A stretch of DNA of 64,000 nucleotides. Origin: Alphaproteobacteria bacterium. Its GTDB lineage: Bacteria; Pseudomonadota; Alphaproteobacteria; CALKHQ01. The stretch lies in assembly GCA_965227515.1 (NCBI GenBank), contig CBDDFZ010000001.1, positions 960,001 to 1,024,000 on the forward strand, in the 5' to 3' direction. Position 1 is the stretch's first letter. Each line of letters opens with the position of its first letter. The notes under the pieces are model-generated. The model worked only from the letters and a program-made list of their open reading frames with translations, ran no database searches and had not been told where the DNA came from. Made by a program: the position numbers and the translations under genes. Shown piece after piece: positions 57,217-64,000 of the stretch.

Positions 57217-60200
57217 ATGTCCCGTAGGCCCCTGCCAGTCCAGGCAATGCTGGCGCTGTTCATACTGGCGATCATCACGGTGTTGATCGTCGGCGGCAGC
57301 ATTGGCGCCTACATCATTGCCGAGGACAGGGCGACCGAGACAGGCGAACGCTCCATCGAGCAGACCGGACGCGTGCTGCAGAAGGAGATCGCGCGCTCGC
57401 TGCAACTGCGCGCGATGGCCGCCGGTGCCCAGGCGACAATGCTCGGCACGCTCGGTGGGCCGTGGCGCGACAGCAGCTTCGGCAACGATCTGGGCCACGA
57501 ACTGGCCGACCAGCCGCCGGGCTACGTCATCGTCGCCAACCGGGACGGGACCATCATCGCCGCCGACCGGCCGCGTTTCGTCGGCCTGTCTGTGGTTATC
57601 CCCGAGACCGACAGCCGCTTGTCTTTGCACAACCAGGCTGAAGTGTTCGGCCAGCTTGGCGTGGAGGCATCCGCGTTGCCGCGCGGCCATTTCGCCTTGG
57701 CATGGCAGCAGCCACTGGCCGCCGACGACCCAATGAGTGCCGCACAGTCCGGCGGGTCGGAGATCCTGTTGATCACCGGCGTCCAGACACTGGAAGTGTT
57801 GCGGCTTCTGGAAGCCGCCGTTGACGCCAAGGGCGGGTTTGCCGCGCTGCTGTCGGACGACGGCCGCGTCCTCACGGCGTTGCCCGAAGCCTCCGGCGCC
57901 GATGCGCGCGCGATGGTCGGACCGCGGCTGGCGCTGTTGAGCGAGACGACGCCGCCCTTCACCGAGCTCCTGTCCGGCACGATTGCCGGGACCGAGACCG
58001 ACTGGTTGCTGTCGGCTCGCGCGATCCCGCAAACCAACCTGGTCGTGATGGTGGGTGTGCCGGCCGACGCCGTGATCGCGGCCGCCGACATGGACGGCTG
58101 GGTGCTTGCCATCGTGCTCGGCCTGTCGCTGAGCGCGCTGGCGGTCCTGACCTACTGGCTGGTGCGCGCCGCCTACAGGCAGCGCAGCATCGAAAGCGAG
58201 CTGGCGACCATCACCGAGCGCCTCAACCTCGCGTTCGAGGGCAGCAACGACGGCGTCTGGGACTGGGACACCGAGCGCAACCGCGCGTTCTATTCGGCCC
58301 GCTGGTGCGAGATGCTGGGCTACCGCCCGGAAGATGTGGAGCAGGTGCCGCAGAGCTGGATGACGCTGCTGCATCCCGACGACGTGGACGATGTGCGCAA
58401 CGCCATGCAGGCACACCTGGACGGCAGGGTCGCGGTCTATCAGCACGAGCACCGGATGCGCTGCGCCGACGGCCGCTATCTGTGGGTGGAGTCGCGCGGC
58501 AAGGCCCCCGACGCCCCCGACGGCCGCCGGTATCGCATGGTCGGCACCATGACCGACATCGAGGAGAAGAAGCGGCAGGAGCAGGTCATCCTGGCCGCCC
58601 GCGACGAGGCGGAAGCGGCGGATCGGGCGAAGAGCGACTTTCTGGCCACCATGAGCCACGAGATCCGCACCCCCATCAACGGCGTGCTGGGCATGACCAC
58701 GCTGTTGCTGCGCACCGCGCTGACCTCCGCCCAGAAGCGCTATGCCGATACCATCAAGAGCTCCGGCGAGACCTTGCTGGCGATCCTGAACGACATTCTG
58801 GACCTGTCGAAGCTGGAAGCGGGCAAGCTGGACCTGGAGCACGCCGACTACCGCGTCGCCGACGCGGTTGGCGCCGTGGTCCGCCTGTTGGAGCCGCACG
58901 CGCGCTCCAAGCGGCTGCAACTGGCATATGACCTGTCGGGCATCGACACCAAGTACCTGCACGGCGACCAGACGCGGCTGCGCCAGGTCCTGTTCAACCT
59001 GGTCGGCAATGCGATCAAGTTCACCGACGAAGGGCGCGTCACCGTCACCGGCCAGACCACGACGCTGCGCGACGGGCGTGTCGCCCTGGCGTTCGAGGTG
59101 ACCGACACCGGCATCGGCCTGACCGCGGACCAGATGTCCCGCCTTTTCCAGAAGTTCCACCAGGCCGACGTCTCGACCACCCGCCGGTTCGGCGGCACCG
59201 GCCTCGGGCTCGCGATCTGCCGCCGCTTGGTCAGTGCCATGGGTGGCGAGATCACGGTCGAGAGCACCGAGGGCGAGGGTGCGACCTTCCGCTTCTACAT
59301 CGTGTGCGACAAGGCCTCAGCCCCGGTACCGCCCCTGCACGCCGACGATACGGCCCGTCAGGCAAGTTCGATTCCGCCCAGCCTGACCGTACTGGTGGCC
59401 GAGGACAACGACATCAACCGTACGCTTGTACGCGAGCTGTTGGGGCCGCACGTACGGCGCCTGGACATGGTCGAGGACGGCGCGCGGGCCATACAGGCGG
59501 CGCGCGCCTTTGCCTATGACGTTGTCCTGATGGACGTGCAGATGCCGGGCACCGACGGGCTGTCGGCCACCCGGCAGATTCGCGCGCTTGGCGGCCATTG
59601 GGCCGACTGCCCGATCATCGCGCTGACGGCCAATGCCATGGCCGACCAGATCAAGAAATACCTCGACGCCGGCATGACCGACTACATTACCAAGCCGGTC
59701 GATTGGAACCGCCTGTTCTCCATGCTTGCCGGGATCACCCCGCTTGCGGGTGTCCCAGCGAATGCCGGTCCGAGCACGGCTTCCGACGAAGCCCGCAAAA
59801 CGCCCGAGGGAGATGCCACTGGCGCCGCGACCGACCAGAGTCCGGTCGAAGACCATGGCTTCTCGTCCCTGGACCTGCTCGACGAACCGGCATTGGCCGA
59901 GATCGTGCGCGTGATCGGCCAGCCATCGGTCGCCGACCTGCTCGACACACTGCTCGCGCAGTCGGACCAGTGCGTCGCAACTCTGCGGTCCGCCACCGCG
60001 GCCTCGGAATACCGCGTGCTGGGCCACACCCTGGCCGGCGCCGCCGGCAATTGCCGGGCCACGCGCCTGTCCGCCATCGGTCGCGCGGTCGAGAGTGCCG
60101 CCGGCGATCCGCTCTCCATCGCGCACCTGACGGGCGTGCTGGCCACGACCGTGGCGGCAACCCGGGCGGCGGTCGAGGAATGGAAGGCGCGCAACGCCCC

Positions 60201-60291
60201 AAAGCCCTCGTCAGATAAGGGGCCCACGCCCGACGAGGGGCCGGCGGCGGATGACGATCCGCACCAGCCGCCGATGGTGGTGAACGGTTAG
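57217..60291 (+). CDS. Membrane-bound hybrid sensor kinase (periplasmic domain, PAS, HisKA/HATPase, REC, degenerate HPt)
   Basis: Two TMs; DGVWDWD PAS; [36 protein letters not shown] and HTLAGAAGN. Confidence 0.94.
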   Translation: MSRRPLPVQAMLALFILAIITVLIVGGSIGAYIIAEDRATETGERSIEQTGRVLQKEIARSLQLRAMAAGAQATMLGTLGGPWRDSSFGNDLGHELADQPPGYVIVANRDGTIIAADRPRFVGLSVVIPETDSRLSLHNQAEVFGQLGVEASALPRGHFALAWQQPLAADDPMSAAQSGGSEILLITGVQTLEVLRLLEAAVDAKGGFAALLSDDGRVLTALPEASGADARAMVGPRLALLSETTPPFTELLSGTIAGTETDWLLSARAIPQTNLVVMVGVPADAVIAAADMDGWVLAIVLGLSLSALAVLTYWLVRAAYRQRSIESELATITERLNLAFEGSNDGVWDWDTERNRAFYSARWCEMLGYRPEDVEQVPQSWMTLLHPDDVDDVRNAMQAHLDGRVAVYQHEHRMRCADGRYLWVESRGKAPDAPDGRRYRMVGTMTDIEEKKRQEQVILAARDEAEAADRAKSDFLATMSHEIRTPINGVLGMTTLLLRTALTSAQKRYADTIKSSGETLLAILNDILDLSKLEAGKLDLEHADYRVADAVGAVVRLLEPHARSKRLQLAYDLSGIDTKYLHGDQTRLRQVLFNLVGNAIKFTDEGRVTVTGQTTTLRDGRVALAFEVTDTGIGLTADQMSRLFQKFHQADVSTTRRFGGTGLGLAICRRLVSAMGGEITVESTEGEGATFRFYIVCDKASAPVPPLHADDTARQASSIPPSLTVLVAEDNDINRTLVRELLGPHVRRLDMVEDGARAIQAARAFAYDVVLMDVQMPGTDGLSATRQIRALGGHWADCPIIALTANAMADQIKKYLDAGMTDYITKPVDWNRLFSMLAGITPLAGVPANAGPSTASDEARKTPEGDATGAATDQSPVEDHGFSSLDLLDEPALAEIVRVIGQPSVADLLDTLLAQSDQCVATLRSATAASEYRVLGHTLAGAAGNCRATRLSAIGRAVESAAGDPLSIAHLTGVLATTVAATRAAVEEWKARNAPKPSSDKGPTPDEGPAADDDPHQPPMVVNG

Positions 60292-60347
60292 AGCCTGTAA
60301 AGGCGGCACTGACCCTCTCCGCCGCCCGGCAACCCGGCGAATCAGAC

Positions 60348-61961
60348 TCAGTCGCCTTCGAACGTCACATTGGCTGCCGACCAGTTGCCCGCCTTCAGGT
60401 CGCCGGGGTCGATCCAGAACTGACAGACACCGGCACTGGCGAACGACCAGCACATCATGTCGTCGGAGGCGAACTGAATAAGGAGGTGCCTGCCGGTATT
60501 CTCCATCGCCGCATTGCCCTGGATGGAGATCGGCACGCCGAACATTTGATGCCAGCCATGGATCGGCAGCCGGTAGTCGCGGTCGATCTTCGTCCGCACC
60601 CCCTCCGGCAAGGTGGCGAACGTATCCCGGTCCGCCACCGCCATTTGTAGCAGCGTCATGTCTTCGACCGTTCGAAGCAAATGGCCACGGCTGGGCAGAA
60701 ATGCCCGGAACCGCCCCAACGCCTGTTCAAGGACGGCTTTCAAGTGCTGCGCGTCCTGACTGGACATCCGCGTCCAGGGGTCGTTATCGCCGGCCCAGGC
60801 CTGAACCTCGGCGACGAATGCGGCGAACGCCTCCCGCTCCTGGAGCTGCTGTCGCTGGCCGGCAATCCGCGCAAGTAACCGCAGCTGCCAACCCTCACGC
60901 GCCGGGCGGATCGACAGCAAGGACGCGCCCAGCATATCGGCCATCTCTAGCGCGGTGCGCCACCATTGCGGCCGCGCCGCGATATCGGCCTCCTCAAAAA
61001 CAGCCTCCGCGGCGAGATTGAACTGCCGCCGCCGATACGCGTCGGACAGCATACCCTCCAGTTTCCGGATTGCCGTGTCAGGGCCTGCGTCGTTGGTCGT
61101 TTCGACAGCTATCAGGTCAATTGGCCAGCACGGAAACAGCGGCGCGCCTGTTCGGTCGCCCGTATAGCCCAGCCGGCCGCCGACCTCTTGAAGATCGGGC
61201 AGGCCGGCGGGTGGCGTGGTATTTTCCCCGTCCTCGCCGGCAGGGACGTGGATTACCGCGCCATCGGCGTTCGCCGAAATGAAGAAGGCAAGAGCACCGT
61301 TCCGGGGCAAGTCCGGCATGGCGGCAACGCGCTGGATGGCCGCCAGATCGATCTGCGCCAGATGGTGCATCGGTCGCCCACCGGCCAGGGGCCAAGGCCG
61401 GCTGCCCAGCCTCGGCGCCCCACCCAACCAGCTTGTCGCCGTCTCCCATCGTCCATCCCCGCGGGCCTGCCGCACGAGCACAATGGCCGGTCGCGAATGG
61501 CTGACGGACTCACCATCCAGGAACTGGGCGACGAATGCATCGCCCTTGTCCCACAGGTACTGCACCGCCGGTGCCACGGCCTGGATCACGCGCGAGAAGT
61601 CCGCGCGCCCCTTGGGCGACAGTTGGCCCGACGCCCCCCTGTCCAGTGGGGCGCTTAGGAATGCCGGCAGTTCGCTTTGCAGGATGGCGATTGGCTCCAG
61701 AACCATCGGGTAGCGCTCGATCGGATCGCCGATATTCTCGATCACGTCGTAGAAGATCTTGACCGCCAGTTGCCCACCAATCGAAAGCTGCTCGAAGCCG
61801 GGCGCATCGCTCAGATCGCGAATGTCGTTGCGTGAGTCCAAGATGGCCGCCGGCAGCAGCGCATAGGCGCCCGCTTTGGACCCCCCAATGTCGTCTCGCT
61901 GCCGCAGGCGTCGCAGCCCTTCGGCATAGGCATCGCGAACAGGCTGCTCTATAGACGTCAC
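60348..61961 (-). CDS. DUF1963 (YwqG-like) domain protein
   Basis: SWLGGAP.L...WP, HLAQIDL, GALAFF, HQMFG, LLIQF.SD and QFWI...DL.AGNW. Confidence 0.85.
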   Translation of the reverse strand: MTSIEQPVRDAYAEGLRRLRQRDDIGGSKAGAYALLPAAILDSRNDIRDLSDAPGFEQLSIGGQLAVKIFYDVIENIGDPIERYPMVLEPIAILQSELPAFLSAPLDRGASGQLSPKGRADFSRVIQAVAPAVQYLWDKGDAFVAQFLDGESVSHSRPAIVLVRQARGDGRWETATSWLGGAPRLGSRPWPLAGGRPMHHLAQIDLAAIQRVAAMPDLPRNGALAFFISANADGAVIHVPAGEDGENTTPPAGLPDLQEVGGRLGYTGDRTGAPLFPCWPIDLIAVETTNDAGPDTAIRKLEGMLSDAYRRRQFNLAAEAVFEEADIAARPQWWRTALEMADMLGASLLSIRPAREGWQLRLLARIAGQRQQLQEREAFAAFVAEVQAWAGDNDPWTRMSSQDAQHLKAVLEQALGRFRAFLPSRGHLLRTVEDMTLLQMAVADRDTFATLPEGVRTKIDRDYRLPIHGWHQMFGVPISIQGNAAMENTGRHLLIQFASDDMMCWSFASAGVCQFWIDPGDLKAGNWSAANVTFEGD

Positions 61962-61978
61962 ACCGTCGGGCTCTGCTG

Positions 61979-63802
61979 TCAGCTCGCCTGGGCCAATCGC
62001 TTGGAGGCGCGCTTGCGCGAGATCGCATCCCGCTCCCGCTTGCGTACGCGTACGTGCGACGGCGTCACCTCGATCAGCTCGTCGTCATTGATGAACGCCA
62101 TCGCCGTTTCCAGGGTCTGGCGGCGCGGCGGGGTCAGCAGGATGGCATCGTCCTTGCCGGCGGCGCGCACGTTGGAGAGCTGCTTCGCCTTCATCGGGTT
62201 GACATCCAGGTCGTTGCCCCGGCTGTGCTCGCCGACGATCATGCCCTCATAGACCTCGCTGCCGGGCTCGACGAACAGCGCGCCGCGGTCTTCCAGGTTC
62301 CACAGCGCATAGGCCGACGCCTTGCCCGACGCATTGGCGATCAGCACGCCGGTGCGCCGCTCCTCGATCGGGCCGCGATGGCCGCCATACTCGGCGAACA
62401 CGCGGTTCAGCACGCCGGTGCCGCGGGTATCCGACATAAAGGTGCCGTGGTAGCCGATCAGGCTGCGCGACGGTGCGCGGAACTCCAGCCGCGTCTTGCC
62501 GCCGCCGGTGGGCTTCAGGGCGAGCAGGTCGGCGCGGCGCCCGGTCAGCTTCTCCACCACCACGCCGCTGAACTCGTCGTCGACGTCGATAACGACGTCC
62601 TCCATCGGCTCCTGCAGCGTGCCGGTGTCGTCGGTACGGAACAGCACCCGTGGACGACTGATGGACAGCTCGAAGCCTTCGCGCCGCATGGTCTCGATCA
62701 GCACCGCGAGTTGCAGCTCGCCACGGCCGGCCACTTCCATGGCGTCCTTCTCGGCCGCCTCGCGTACCTCGATGGCGACATTGCCCTCCGCCTCGCGCAT
62801 CAGGCGCTCGCGCAGCACCCGCGACGTCAGCTTGTCGCCGTCGCGCCCGGCCAGCGGCGAGTCGTTGACCGCGAACGTCATGGCAAGCGTCGGCGGGTCG
62901 ATCGGCAGGGCGGGCAGCGCTTCCGCATCGCTCGACGTCGCCAGCGTGTCGGCGACATTGGCCTTGGTCAGCCCGGCAATGGCGACGATGTCGCCGGCGT
63001 CGACCCGGTCCACCGGCACCCGCTCCAACCCCCGGAAGGCAAGCAGCTTGGTCACCCGGGTCGACTCCACGATGCCGCCGTCCAGCCGGATGGCATGCAC
63101 GATCTCGTTCACGTTCAGCGAGCCGCTGTGAATCCGGCCGGTCAGCACGCGGCCCAGATAGGGGTCGCGCTCCAGGGTCGTCGCCAGCATGCGAAAGCCG
63201 CTTTCCTGACCGACCTCCGGCGGCGCCACGTGGCCGCAGACGGTCTCGAACAGCACATCCATGTTGCCGGGCCGCTGGTCCGGCGAGGTCGCGGCCCAGC
63301 CTTCCTTGGCCGACGCGAACAAGGTCGGGAAATCGAGCTGCTCCTCGCTGGCGTCCAGCGCCGCGAACAGGTCGAACACCTCGTCGTGGACGGCGTGGGC
63401 ACGCTGGTCGGGCTTGTCGACCTTGTTGATCACGACGATGGGCTTCAGGCCCAGCTTCAGCGCCTTGCCGACCACGAACTTGGTCTGCGGCATCGGCCCC
63501 TCGGCGGCGTCGACCAGCAGCAGCACACCGTCGACCATGCTGAGAATGCGCTCCACCTCGCCACCGAAGTCGGCGTGGCCCGGCGTGTCGACCACGTTGA
63601 TGCGCGTGCCCTGCCAGTCGACCGAGGTGCACTTGGCCAGGATGGTGATGCCGCGTTCGCGCTCCAGATCGTTGGAGTCCATGGCGCGCTCGGCCATGCG
63701 CTGGTTGGCGCGCACAGCGCCGCTATGGCGCAGCAGGCAGTCGACCAGCGTGGTCTTCCCATGATCGACATGGGCAATGATCGCGATGTTACGCAGGTTC
63801 AT
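61979..63802 (-). CDS. typA: Translational GTPase TypA/BipA
   Basis: [34 protein letters not shown] and [16 protein letters not shown]. Confidence 0.97.
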   Translation of the reverse strand: MNLRNIAIIAHVDHGKTTLVDCLLRHSGAVRANQRMAERAMDSNDLERERGITILAKCTSVDWQGTRINVVDTPGHADFGGEVERILSMVDGVLLLVDAAEGPMPQTKFVVGKALKLGLKPIVVINKVDKPDQRAHAVHDEVFDLFAALDASEEQLDFPTLFASAKEGWAATSPDQRPGNMDVLFETVCGHVAPPEVGQESGFRMLATTLERDPYLGRVLTGRIHSGSLNVNEIVHAIRLDGGIVESTRVTKLLAFRGLERVPVDRVDAGDIVAIAGLTKANVADTLATSSDAEALPALPIDPPTLAMTFAVNDSPLAGRDGDKLTSRVLRERLMREAEGNVAIEVREAAEKDAMEVAGRGELQLAVLIETMRREGFELSISRPRVLFRTDDTGTLQEPMEDVVIDVDDEFSGVVVEKLTGRRADLLALKPTGGGKTRLEFRAPSRSLIGYHGTFMSDTRGTGVLNRVFAEYGGHRGPIEERRTGVLIANASGKASAYALWNLEDRGALFVEPGSEVYEGMIVGEHSRGNDLDVNPMKAKQLSNVRAAGKDDAILLTPPRRQTLETAMAFINDDELIEVTPSHVRVRKRERDAISRKRASKRLAQAS

Positions 63803-64000
63803 TCGCTCGGGCTCGCGTGCGGGGCAACCTCAACGGACTGGCGAAGCCTTAAGGCCAAGTCGTCAACAGTCCGTTGCGGAAAGGCACCGTTGGTGTATCG
63901 GGGAGCGGCCGTCAGGGCCGCGCGCACCCTATAACGCGAGCCGCGGCGGGTTACAACGCCGAACCGCCCAACAAGCCGTTACCAAAAACCGTCACCAACA

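Overview
GC-rich alphaproteobacterial chromosomal window (Rhodospirillales-like, judged from dapF-mtaB-ftsY, rlmN-argG, pdxH next to RT0821-type lipoproteins, CtrA boxes and Flp pilins). It is mostly housekeeping and metabolic genes (pdxH, ftsY, mtaB, dapF, amn, cysS, glyS, folP, argG, rlmN, folK, typA) mixed with envelope and signalling genes. These include six small lipoproteins, a CHASE2 kinase/FecR pair, three Flp pilins, a sulfotransferase/NeuB-family pair, the four-gene ATP-grasp/alpha-E/transglutaminase/Anbu operon, a hybrid kinase and several REP-like palindromes. No rRNA, tRNA or CRISPR array was seen. The best candidates for something new are: (1) a Sec-exported protein ending in PAAG plus a C-x9-C tail (a LapG-site/cysteine-hook architecture) divergent from a LapB-like T1SS ATPase; (2) a Tat lipoprotein apparently built from phage tailspike and tail-fibre modules with no prophage around it; (3) an internally deleted IS110/IS1111 element with both ends intact, sitting exactly inside a GTAG REP, with a possible pseudoknot over its RBS; (4) a FecR protein with a Gly/Asn/Ser repeat tail; (5) a low-GC segment inside cysS; (6) a 95-nt palindrome whose loop is flipped between two copies. 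All family calls come from motif recognition by eye; no database searches were run.
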